Positions 39,335 to 47,849 of a stretch of DNA of 64,000 nucleotides are shown here, piece after piece; position 1 is the first letter of the stretch; every line of letters starts with the position of its first letter. A model generated the notes under the pieces. It was not told where the DNA came from and ran no database searches. It saw only the letters and a program-made list of their open reading frames with translations. The translations under genes and the position numbers were made by a program. The DNA is from an uncultured Alphaproteobacteria bacterium (GTDB taxonomy: Bacteria; Pseudomonadota; Alphaproteobacteria; Acetobacterales; Acetobacteraceae), in the NCBI GenBank assembly GCA_963839135.1, contig CAWIUA010000013.1, positions 27,360 to 91,359 on the forward strand, in the 5' to 3' direction.

Positions 39335-39609
39335 TTCGAGCCCCTCAAAATCTCATCAGCATTGGGCACTGCTCCTCGGCGCCAGCACTCGCCGGACTGA
39401 GGATCAAGCTGCCGTTGGATCTATGATAATCAGGATTTCTAAGCACATTCGAGTGCGGAGCGCAACAAAAATCACTGCTTCTCGTGAACGGATGTCCCGC
39501 CGCAGCGCTTCCGCGCATAGGTCGGAACGGTTGAGGCTATCGTTTCCCGCGATCCACCCGCCGCCGATGTCCGCTTCCAGCCACTCGCCTTGTCGCCTAC
39601 TCTCCGCCC

Positions 39610-41073
39610 ATGGCGAACCGAGTCTGGCGCGGCGTTCGGATGCGGGAGGCAGCAGCCGGGATGGACCCCGATGCCGCGCCGCGCCCGCTCGTGCTGCCCG
39701 CATCGTGGGACGACCGCGCCGCGGCGGCGCTCGCCGCGCTAGCGCCGGGCGAGGGGCGGGCGAGCCTGCGGGAGGCGGCGGAAGGCTGGATCAAGCCGGT
39801 GGCGGCGCGGGCGCGGCTGCTCGGCGAAGCGGCGCTGGCAGACAAGCTCCACGCTCTCCTGCTCGCCCGGCGCGCCGCCCCGACCGCGGCTGTCTGGACG
39901 GGGATGGCCGGCGACGCGATCGGCACGCCGGGCTTCGTGCTCAACCTCGCCGCCTTCCACGCGGAGGGCGTCGGCCTCGATGTTGCCGGGCTGGCGGACG
40001 CAGCGCGAGCCGCGGCGACGGCATTGCGCCTGCTCGACCCGGCGGCGCCGGGCTACGCCGTCGCCCTCACCGATCTCGACGGGCTGCTGGCGCGGCTCGG
40101 CCTCGACTACGCGGGCGAGGCCGCGCGTGCAGTCGCCGCCAACCTCGCCGCCCTCGTGCGCGGAGTGGCGAGCGTAGCGCTCGCGGGCGCACAGCCGGAC
40201 CTGCTCTCGCGCCTGCCCGCCTGGCCCGCGCCGCCGCCCTGCCCGATCCCGGAACTCACCGCCGCCGCCCAGGATGCGCGCGACGAGGCCCGGCAGGGCG
40301 CCTCCGCTATGGCCTGCACAGCCATCTTCCCGCCCGGCCCGGCAGACGCGCTCCTCGGCGCCGAGACCGGCGGCATCGCGCCCGCGTTCAGCCCCGTGGA
40401 CGCAGAGGGGCGGCTGACTCAGGCCGCCCAGGCCCGGCTCGCAGCATTCGGCCTCTCACCGGAAATGGCACTCGCCCGGCATCTCGCGGGCGAGACGGTG
40501 CTCGCCCCTGCTTCGCTCGCGGCCTACCAGGCGATGCACGACGCGGTCGCCCCCTACATCCATGCCATGCCGCCACGGCCGGTCTCGGTTCCATGTGCCG
40601 AGCACGCACCGCCTGCCCGCCGGGAGCTGCCCGCCCGGCGCCGCGGCTTCACGCAGAAGGCGAGCGTCGGCGGCCACCGCGTCTTCCTGCGCACCGGCGA
40701 GTATGCAGACGGCACGCTAGGCGAGATCCACATCAGCCTACCGCGCGAGGGCGCCGCCGTGCGCGGCCTCGTGGAGGCTGCCGCCGCCGCGATCTCGGTC
40801 GGCTTGCAGCACGGCGTTCCCCTGCAAGCCTACGTGGACGCGCTCGCGCTGAGCCGCTTCCCGCCGGGGGGCGCCGTCGAGGGCGACAGCTCCGTCGCCT
40901 ACGCCAGCAGCATCATGGACTACGTCGTCCGCACCCTCGCCCACGCGTATCTCGGGCACTGCACCGCGCCCGAACCCTTGCCTCAGGCCGAGCCGATGCC
41001 ACCTCCGCTGCTGCCGCTCGACCTTCCCACCGTGCCGCGCCGGGCCGGGCTGCGCCTCGTCGCCCGCCGCTGA
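39610..41073 (+). CDS. class II ribonucleotide-reductase-related protein (C-terminal RNR-like / TSCPD-type region), Ala-rich N-terminal half
   Basis: GGHRVFLRTGEYADGTLGEIHISLPREGAAVRGL...GLQHGVPLQAYVDAL...SSIMDYVVRTL resembles the C-terminal segment of B12-dependent RNRs. No catalytic barrel motifs seen. Confidence 0.6.
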   Translation: MANRVWRGVRMREAAAGMDPDAAPRPLVLPASWDDRAAAALAALAPGEGRASLREAAEGWIKPVAARARLLGEAALADKLHALLLARRAAPTAAVWTGMAGDAIGTPGFVLNLAAFHAEGVGLDVAGLADAARAAATALRLLDPAAPGYAVALTDLDGLLARLGLDYAGEAARAVAANLAALVRGVASVALAGAQPDLLSRLPAWPAPPPCPIPELTAAAQDARDEARQGASAMACTAIFPPGPADALLGAETGGIAPAFSPVDAEGRLTQAAQARLAAFGLSPEMALARHLAGETVLAPASLAAYQAMHDAVAPYIHAMPPRPVSVPCAEHAPPARRELPARRRGFTQKASVGGHRVFLRTGEYADGTLGEIHISLPREGAAVRGLVEAAAAAISVGLQHGVPLQAYVDALALSRFPPGGAVEGDSSVAYASSIMDYVVRTLAHAYLGHCTAPEPLPQAEPMPPPLLPLDLPTVPRRAGLRLVARR

Positions 41074-41083
41074 AGGGACACTG

Positions 41084-41551
41084 ATGACCCATTCCGCCGA
41101 GGCGCGCCTCGCCGATCTCGGGCTGGCGCTGCCGACGCCCATGGCGCCCATGGCCAACTACGTGCCGTATGCGGTGACGGGGAACCTGGTGTTCGTCTCT
41201 GGGCAGCTCCCGGCACGGGACGGCCGGATCGCCTATACGGGCAAAATCGGCGAGGGGATCACGCCCGAGCAGGGCGCGGAGGCTGCGAGATTGTGTTTTC
41301 TGAACCTATTAGCTCAGCTCAGGGCGGCCTGCGGCGGCGATCTCGGGCGCGCGCGGCGCGTCGTCCGCCTGGGCGGCTTCATCGCGGCCCCGCCCGGCTT
41401 CACGGCGCACGCGACGGTGATGAACGGCGCCTCCGACCTCGCCGTCGCCGTGTTCGGGGACGCCGGGCGGCACGCGCGGACCACCATCGGCGTGCCGAGC
41501 TTGCCGGGCGACGCGGCAGTCGAGGTCGAGGGCCTCTTCGAGCTGGCCTAG
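41084..41551 (+). CDS. RidA/YjgF family protein
   Basis: 155 aa. VFVSGQLP...TGKIG...ARTTIGV motifs. Confidence 0.85.
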   Translation: MTHSAEARLADLGLALPTPMAPMANYVPYAVTGNLVFVSGQLPARDGRIAYTGKIGEGITPEQGAEAARLCFLNLLAQLRAACGGDLGRARRVVRLGGFIAAPPGFTAHATVMNGASDLAVAVFGDAGRHARTTIGVPSLPGDAAVEVEGLFELA

Positions 41552-41553
41552 GC

Positions 41554-42693
41554 GTGCAGACCCTCACCCTCACGCTTCACCCGCGCATCGCCGAGATCGC
41601 GCCCGCGGAGTGGGACGCCTGTGCAGGCGGCGACAATCCATTCGTTGGCCACGCCTTCCTGTCCGCGCTGGAGGACAGCGGCTCGACCGGGCCGCGCACC
41701 GGCTGGCTGCCCCAGCACGCCTGCTTCCGCGACGAGGCTGGGCGGGTCGTCGCCGTGGCGCCGCTCTACGCGAAGTCGCACTCCTACGGCGAATACGTGT
41801 TCGACCATGGCTGGGCCGCGTCCTTCGAGCGCGCGGGGGGGCGCTACTATCCCAAGCTCCAGTGCGCCGTGCCGTTCAGCCCGGTGCCGGGGCCACGCTT
41901 GTTGCGGCGGCCGGATTTCCCGGCGGAGAGCGTTGGCGCCGGACTGGCGCAGGCGTGCGAGGAGCTTCGCTTCTCGTCCGTCCACGCGACATTCTGCACG
42001 GAGGACGAGTGGGAGGCGCTGGGCCGCGCCGGGTGGCTGCGGCGCCTGGGCACGCAGTTCCATTGGGAAAACGAGGGTTACGCGACCTTCGACGACTTCC
42101 TCGGCGCCCTTAGCTCGCGCAAGCGCAAGCAGGTGCGGCGCGAGCGGCGCGACGCCGTTCAGGACCTCAGCATCCGCGTGCTGCGCGGGGACGAGATCGA
42201 GCAGCGGCACTGGGACGCGTTCTACAAGTTCTACACCTCGACCGTGGACCGCAAATGGGGCAGCGCCTACCTGACTAGGCGCTTCTTCCCGATGCTCTCT
42301 TCGCTCCTGGGCGACCAGGTCGTGCTCATGCTCGCCGAGCACCATGGCAAACCGGTCGCGGGGGCACTCAACCTCGCGGGCCGGGACGCGCTCTATGGCC
42401 GCAACTGGGGCTGCCGCGGCGACTGGCCGTTCCTGCACTTCGAGCTGTGCTACTACCAAGCCATCGAGTTCGCGATCCAGCACGGCCTGAAGCGCGTCGA
42501 AGCCGGGGCGCAAGGCGAGCACAAGGTGAGCCGCGGCTACCTGCCGCAGCCGACCTTCTCCGCCCACTACATCAGCAACCCGAGCTTCCGCCGCGCCGTC
42601 GCGCAGTTCCTCGACGAGGAGCGCCCGGCGATCCGCAGGCACATAGCGGCGCTGGCGGAGGAGTCGCCGTTCCGGAAGGGCGGCGAAGGGTAG
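41554..42693 (+). CDS. GNAT/FemAB-like N-acetyltransferase family protein (DUF482-type)
   Basis: GTG 41554. FLSALEDSGS, YAKSHSYGEYVFDHGWA, RYYPKL and YGRNWG motifs. Confidence 0.8.
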   Translation: MQTLTLTLHPRIAEIAPAEWDACAGGDNPFVGHAFLSALEDSGSTGPRTGWLPQHACFRDEAGRVVAVAPLYAKSHSYGEYVFDHGWAASFERAGGRYYPKLQCAVPFSPVPGPRLLRRPDFPAESVGAGLAQACEELRFSSVHATFCTEDEWEALGRAGWLRRLGTQFHWENEGYATFDDFLGALSSRKRKQVRRERRDAVQDLSIRVLRGDEIEQRHWDAFYKFYTSTVDRKWGSAYLTRRFFPMLSSLLGDQVVLMLAEHHGKPVAGALNLAGRDALYGRNWGCRGDWPFLHFELCYYQAIEFAIQHGLKRVEAGAQGEHKVSRGYLPQPTFSAHYISNPSFRRAVAQFLDEERPAIRRHIAALAEESPFRKGGEG

Positions 42694-42700
42694 CAAGCGT

Positions 42701-42807
42701 TTTGGGGCTTTGCCCCAAACCCCACTGGGGCCGGCGGCCCCAGACCCCGATCCGTGATGGGTTCCAAGGGCTGCGCCCTTGGTGGGGTCCAGGGGCAAAG
42801 CCCCTGG
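42701..42807. repeat. array of four short GC hairpins (REP-like intergenic repeat)
   Basis: TTTGGGGC-TTT-GCCCCAAA (42701-19), CTGGGGCC-GGC-GGCCCCAG (42725-43), CCAAGGGC-TGC-GCCCTTGG (42764-82), CCAGGGGC-AAA-GCCCCTGG (42789-807). Confidence 0.7.
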
Positions 42808-42847
42808 CCTTGCCTCGTTCACCCTTCCTCAAGCGCGCTGCGCTGAA

Positions 42848-44779
42848 ATGGCGGCTATGCGCGCGGCATGGCAGGGCAGCGGGGCGGCGTTCCTCGCACG
42901 CGGGACGGAGAGCGAGATCGAGGCCGTGCTCCAGCGCGCGCTGCGCGTCCTGCCGGGCGCGGCTGGGTGGCACGTCGCCCTCGATGTCAGCCTGCCCCGG
43001 CCGGGCCGGCGGCTCAGCGCCGTTCTCGCGCTGGACCGCGCGGTGATCGCGCTGCTCATACGGACGGAGGGCGCGCGCTTCCAGTCCGCGGATCGCCGCG
43101 CCGTGGAGGATGCGGCGCTCGACCTCGCGGACGGCCACGCGGGCAGCGCCGGGCTGCCGGTCGTGCCCGTGCTGTGCGTGCTGGGCGGGACGGGTCCGTC
43201 GCCCGTCCGGCTGCTGCCGATCGCGGGGGCCGGGCCGACCGTGGAGGCGAACCGGCTGCTCCTGCCCCTGCTGCTGCGCGAGATGGCGCTGAGCTTTCCC
43301 GCCCCGTCCCAGCCGCTCGACCCGGCAAACTGGGCGGAAGCGCCCTGGCGCTGGTCCCCCGGCCTGCTCCAAGCGGCGTGCTTGCTCTATGCGCGGCACG
43401 CTGTCCCGGCGCTGCGGGCGGCGCTGGCGAGCAGTGACGCACTCGCGCGGACAACTGCGGCGCTACAGGGCTTGGCGGCGCGGGCAGCGGCGGAGCGGCG
43501 GCCAACGATCCTCTTCGTCACCGGGCCACCCGGCGCGGGCAAGACCCTCGTCGGCCTCGACCTCGCCTTCGAGCCAGGCCAAGGTGCCGCCTATCTCACG
43601 GGCAACCCGACGCTCGTCCACGTTCTGCGGGAGGCGCTCGCGCGGGACGCCGCCTCGCGCGGCCTTGCGCTCCGCGCGGCGCGGCAGCGGGCCTCCGCCG
43701 TCGTGCAGCCTTTGCCCGCGTGGCGCGACCATTTCGCCGCGCGCGCCGCCGAGGCGCCCGGCAGCCGCGTCGTCGTGGTGGACGAGGCGCAGCGGTGCTG
43801 GGTGCGCGAGCACGCCGTCGCGAAGACGCGCAACGCAGCCGTGCCGCTCCAGGATTCGGAGCCGGGATACCTGCTGGACGCGATGGCCCGCCGGGCGGAC
43901 GGACCGGTGCTCGTCTGTCTCTGCGGCGGAGGGCAGGAGATCCACGCGGGCGAGGGCGGACTCGCAGCCTGGGGCGAGGCACTCGCGGCGCGGCCGGTGT
44001 GGCACGCGGTCGCGGCACCCGAGGCGTTGGAGAGTTCCGATCCGCGCCAGCGCCTGGCCGATCTGCCCGGCCTCGCACGCGACCCGGCGCTGCACCTCGC
44101 CGTCCCGCGCCGTCAGCTCAAGGTCGAGAGCGCGGCGGCCTGGGCGGACCGCGTGCTTGCGGGCGATTGGGCGGCAGCGCGGCGTCTCTCCGAGGCGGGG
44201 CCGCCCGTGCGCGTGACGCGCAGCCTCGACGAAATGCGCGAGACCCTGCGCGGCGCGGCCCAGGGCAGTCAAACCATCGGCTTGGTGGCGAGCAGCTACG
44301 CACGGCGGCTCCGCGCGGATGGCCTCGGCGGCACGCTGCCCCATCAGGACGCGGACGCCGTCGCGCGCTGGTTCCTCGACCGGGCGCCCGACGTGCGCAG
44401 CGGCGGTGCACTGGAGGTTGCTGGCACCGAGTTCGCCATCCAAGGGCTGGAGCTCGATCACACCGGGCTGTGCTGGGATTTGGACCTCATCCCGGACGGC
44501 GACGGCTGGGCCGCGCGCGCCTTCCGGGGCAGTGCCTGGACCCGGCTGCGTGATCCCATCGCCGTACAGGACCGCCGCAACGCCTACCGCGTCCTGCTCA
44601 CCCGCGCCCGGCGCGGCACGCTGGTCTGGGTGCCGCGCGGCGACGCGCGCGACCCGACCCGGCCCCCTGCCCTGTACGATACGGTCGCCGAGACCCTGCT
44701 CCGCTGCGGCGCCGCGCCGCTGGACACTGTAGCTATAACCGTGGAAGATCGGCCCCGTCCGGACCCGGTGCTGCTATGA
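42848..44779 (+). CDS. DUF2075 family (Schlafen-like helicase-type) ATPase with N-terminal nuclease-like domain
   Basis: N-terminus ...GRRLSAVLALDRAVIALLIRTEG...VEDAALDL. Walker A VTGPPGAGKT, Walker B VVVVDEAQRCW. C-terminus RNAYRVLLTRARRG. Confidence 0.8.
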   Translation: MAAMRAAWQGSGAAFLARGTESEIEAVLQRALRVLPGAAGWHVALDVSLPRPGRRLSAVLALDRAVIALLIRTEGARFQSADRRAVEDAALDLADGHAGSAGLPVVPVLCVLGGTGPSPVRLLPIAGAGPTVEANRLLLPLLLREMALSFPAPSQPLDPANWAEAPWRWSPGLLQAACLLYARHAVPALRAALASSDALARTTAALQGLAARAAAERRPTILFVTGPPGAGKTLVGLDLAFEPGQGAAYLTGNPTLVHVLREALARDAASRGLALRAARQRASAVVQPLPAWRDHFAARAAEAPGSRVVVVDEAQRCWVREHAVAKTRNAAVPLQDSEPGYLLDAMARRADGPVLVCLCGGGQEIHAGEGGLAAWGEALAARPVWHAVAAPEALESSDPRQRLADLPGLARDPALHLAVPRRQLKVESAAAWADRVLAGDWAAARRLSEAGPPVRVTRSLDEMRETLRGAAQGSQTIGLVASSYARRLRADGLGGTLPHQDADAVARWFLDRAPDVRSGGALEVAGTEFAIQGLELDHTGLCWDLDLIPDGDGWAARAFRGSAWTRLRDPIAVQDRRNAYRVLLTRARRGTLVWVPRGDARDPTRPPALYDTVAETLLRCGAAPLDTVAITVEDRPRPDPVLL

Positions 44780-45660
44780 CCCGCATCCTGCTCGCCTTCC
44801 TGCTCCTGCTCGGCACGGCACAGGCCGGCGAGCTGAAGGTCGCGACCTGGAACCTGGAGTGGCTGACCACCAATCCCGAGGACTTGCCCGAGGGAACGTC
44901 GCCGAAGCCAGCCGCGGGCATCGAGGCGCTGCGCCGCTACGCGCTGCTGCTCGACGCGGACGTCATCGCCATCGAGGAGGTCGATGGTCCGGCCATCGCC
45001 GCCCAAGTTTTCCCGCCCGACCGCTACCAGATCTTCATGACGCACGACCGCGTGAAGCAACGGGTGGGCATCGTCGTCCGGCGCGGCATTCCGGCACGAC
45101 AGAATGGGGATCTCGCAGCGCTCGATCTGTACCCCGACGCCCGCCATCCGCTGCGCAGCGGCGCGGATTTGACGCTCGACCTGCCGAGCGGCCCGGTCCG
45201 CCTGCTTGCCGTTCACCTCAAGACGGGGTGCCACTACGACGCGCTCACGTCGCGACGCCCGGCGTGCCACACGCTGCACGATCAGGTGCCGCCGCTGCAG
45301 GGCTGGATCGCGCAGCGCCGGGCGGAGGGCGTGCCCTTCATCGTGCTCGGGGACTTCAACCGCGAGATGAATGGCCGCGACGACTTGCTCGCCGCGCTGC
45401 GTGAATCAGCGCCGCTCGCGCTGGCGACCGAGGGGAAGGCGAGTCCATGCTGGGGCGGCACGACGTTCATTGACCACATTCTCGCGGGCGGCGCCGCGAA
45501 GGGCTGGATGGAGCCGGGGACGTTGCGTGTCCTCGTCTATCGCGAGCGCGACGAAGCCTCGCGCACGCTTTTGTCAGATCACTGCCCGGTGTCCGTGCGC
45601 TTTCGCTTGCCGGACGATGCGGCCATAGTGCGCGCCTCACCAACACGGGAGACGCCATAA
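44776..45660 (+). CDS. endonuclease/exonuclease/phosphatase (EEP) family protein with signal peptide
   Basis: ATGA overlap with the DUF2075 stop. MTRILLAFLLLLGTAQA signal. VATWNLEW, IAIEEVD, VLGDFN and SDHCPV motifs. Confidence 0.82.
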   Translation: MTRILLAFLLLLGTAQAGELKVATWNLEWLTTNPEDLPEGTSPKPAAGIEALRRYALLLDADVIAIEEVDGPAIAAQVFPPDRYQIFMTHDRVKQRVGIVVRRGIPARQNGDLAALDLYPDARHPLRSGADLTLDLPSGPVRLLAVHLKTGCHYDALTSRRPACHTLHDQVPPLQGWIAQRRAEGVPFIVLGDFNREMNGRDDLLAALRESAPLALATEGKASPCWGGTTFIDHILAGGAAKGWMEPGTLRVLVYRERDEASRTLLSDHCPVSVRFRLPDDAAIVRASPTRETP

Positions 45661-46077
45661 TGCCCGAATACACCGCGAAAGCGACCACGACCGCCGGGCG
45701 CAACGGCCACGTGGACAGTTCCGACGGCGTGCTGCATCACGACTTGACGCCTGCCGAAGGAGCTAGGCGGTCCTGGCAAGGCGGGCGCCACCAACCCGGA
45801 GCAGCTCTTCGCGGCCGGCTATTCCGCGTGCTTCGGCAGCGCTATCGCCTTCGTCGCTGGCCAGGAGAAGATCAAGCCCGAGAGCATCCACGTCGAGGCC
45901 GACGTAACGCTCCACGCCGACGAGGCCAAAGGGTTCTACATTTCCGTCGTGCTCCGGAACAAGCTCGACGGCCTCGACCGCGCGGAGGCGCAGCGCCTGG
46001 TCGAGAAGGCGCACGAGGTCTGCCCCTACAGCAAGGCGACGCGGGGCAACGTGGACGTCAAGCTCGAAGTGGTCTGA
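45660..46077 (+). pseudogene. ohr: organic hydroperoxide resistance protein (Ohr/OsmC family), extra C near 45750
   Basis: MPEYTAKATTTAGRNGHVDSSDGVLHHDLT, then in another frame LPKELGGPGKAGATNPEQLFAAGYSACF...EVCPYSKATRGNVDVKLEVV*. Confidence 0.85.
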
Positions 46078-46079
46078 TC

Positions 46080-46829
46080 GTGCTCGCGCTCGTCACGGGC
46101 GCGACCGCCGGGTTCGGCGCAGCGATCGCGCGCCGGCTCGTGCGGGACGGACGCCGGGTGATCGGCGCCGGGCGGCGGGCAGAGCGGCTCGATGCGCTGC
46201 GGGCGGAGCTGGGGGAGGCATTCCTCCCCTGGCCGCTCGACGTGACCGACGCCCAGGGCGTCGCGGCGCTGCCCGGCAACCTGCCGGAGGGTTGGCGCGA
46301 GGTTGACGTGCTCGTCAACAACGCCGGCCTCGCAGTCGGCATGGAACCTGCGCAGGACTCAAATCTCGACGGCTGGGAGCGCATGGTCGAGACCAACGTC
46401 ATCGGTCTCCTGCGGATGACGCACGCGCTGCTCCCCGGCATGGTCGCGCGCGACCGCGGGGACGTGATCAACCTCGGCAGCACCGCCGGGACCTATCCCT
46501 ATCTCGGCGGCAACGTCTATGGCGCGACAAAGGCGTTCGTCGCCCAGTTCACCCGCAACCTCAAGGCGGACCTGATCGGCACTGGCGTGCGCGCGACGGT
46601 GATCGAGCCGGGCCTCGTCGGCGGCACTGAGTTCAGCGAGGTCCGCTTCGGCGGCGACACGGCCCGCGCAGCGAAGCTCTACGAGAGCGCGCATCCGCTC
46701 ACGGCGGAGGACATCGCCGAGGCCGTGGCGTGGGTGATCGGGTTGCCCCCGAACGTCAACATCACCCGGATCGAGGCGATGCCGCGCAGCCAGGCGCCCG
46801 GCGCGCTCGCGGTCAAGCGGACCGGGTGA
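46080..46829 (+). CDS. SDR family oxidoreductase (YdfG-like NADP-dependent 3-hydroxy acid dehydrogenase)
   Basis: GTG 46080. LVTGATAGFG, NNAG and YGATKAF motifs. Confidence 0.85.
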   Translation: MLALVTGATAGFGAAIARRLVRDGRRVIGAGRRAERLDALRAELGEAFLPWPLDVTDAQGVAALPGNLPEGWREVDVLVNNAGLAVGMEPAQDSNLDGWERMVETNVIGLLRMTHALLPGMVARDRGDVINLGSTAGTYPYLGGNVYGATKAFVAQFTRNLKADLIGTGVRATVIEPGLVGGTEFSEVRFGGDTARAAKLYESAHPLTAEDIAEAVAWVIGLPPNVNITRIEAMPRSQAPGALAVKRTG

Positions 46830-47686
46830 GCGGGCTGCTTGACCCGCTGCGCGTGCTGCCCGGCGCCGCGCCGAACCTCGCCGCGCGCGAGACGGCGAGC
46901 AAGGGAGGTATGGACCGCGCGGAGGCCGAGCGGCGCATGGCGGTCGCGGTGGAGCAGGCGGATGGGCTGCAGCGGCGGCTGTGGGCCGAGCGGCGCTGGT
47001 CCGTGCTGCTGATCCTTCAAGGCGTGGACGCCGCCGGCAAGGACGGCGCCATCCGCCACGCGCTCGCCGGGCTGGACCCGCAAGGCTTGCGCGTCGCGAG
47101 CTTCGACGTGCCGAGCGAGGCCGAGCTCGCCCGCGACTTCCTCTGGCGCGTCCACGCGCAGGTGCCGCCGCGCGGCATGGTCGGCGTGTTCAACCGCAGC
47201 CATTACGAGGACGTGATCGTGCCGCGCGTGGACGCCGCGGCGCTCGCCAAGCAGCGTCTGCCGCCCGGCTTGATAGGCCCGGCGATCTGGACGGAGCGGC
47301 TCGCCGACATCGCCCGGTTCGAGGCCTATCTCGGCCGCCAAGGCGTCGCGATCCGCAAGGTGCTGCTCCACGTCTCCGCCGAGGAGCAGCGCGAGCGCCT
47401 GCTCGCCCGGCTCGACGACCCGGCGAAGCAATGGAAATTCGAGATTTCCGACCTGCACGGTCACGAGCGATATGCCGCGACGATGACAGCCTACGAGGAA
47501 GCCGTCGCAGCGACCAGCACCGACGCCGCGCCTTGGTTCGTCGTGCCCGCGGACCACAAATGGTTCGCGCGGCTCTGCGTCGCCGAGATTCTGCTGGACG
47601 TGCTGCAAGCGCTGCACCCGGAGCCGCCCTCCCCGCCTGCGGAGGCGGCGTTGCGGGCAGCGCGCATGAGGCTCAACGATGGATGA
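46826..47686 (+). CDS. polyphosphate kinase 2 (PPK2) family protein
   Basis: GTGA overlap with the SDR stop. ILQGVDAAGKDG Walker A, FNRSHYEDV, W.FEISD motifs. Confidence 0.85.
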   Translation: MSGLLDPLRVLPGAAPNLAARETASKGGMDRAEAERRMAVAVEQADGLQRRLWAERRWSVLLILQGVDAAGKDGAIRHALAGLDPQGLRVASFDVPSEAELARDFLWRVHAQVPPRGMVGVFNRSHYEDVIVPRVDAAALAKQRLPPGLIGPAIWTERLADIARFEAYLGRQGVAIRKVLLHVSAEEQRERLLARLDDPAKQWKFEISDLHGHERYAATMTAYEEAVAATSTDAAPWFVVPADHKWFARLCVAEILLDVLQALHPEPPSPPAEAALRAARMRLNDG

Positions 47687-47846
47687 TCAGCGGGACCGCC
47701 GCCGTCCGAGGGATTTTCTGCCGGTCGTCGTGCTCGCTGGACTCCTCCTGCTCGCGCTGATCGGCTGGTGGGTCTTCCCGCTCGTGCAGCACGCCGTGTC
47801 GCAGCAGGACTGCATCGCGTCCGGGCACGATAACTGCGAGCGTTAG
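47679..47846 (+). CDS. possible small single-TM protein (55 aa)
   Basis: ATG 47679 overlaps the PPK2 stop. MDDQRDRRRPRDFLPVVVLAGLLLLALIGWWVFPLV...CIASGHDNCER*. Below the ORF-track cutoff and found by hand. Confidence 0.3.
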   Translation: MDDQRDRRRPRDFLPVVVLAGLLLLALIGWWVFPLVQHAVSQQDCIASGHDNCER

Positions 47847-47849
47847 GGA

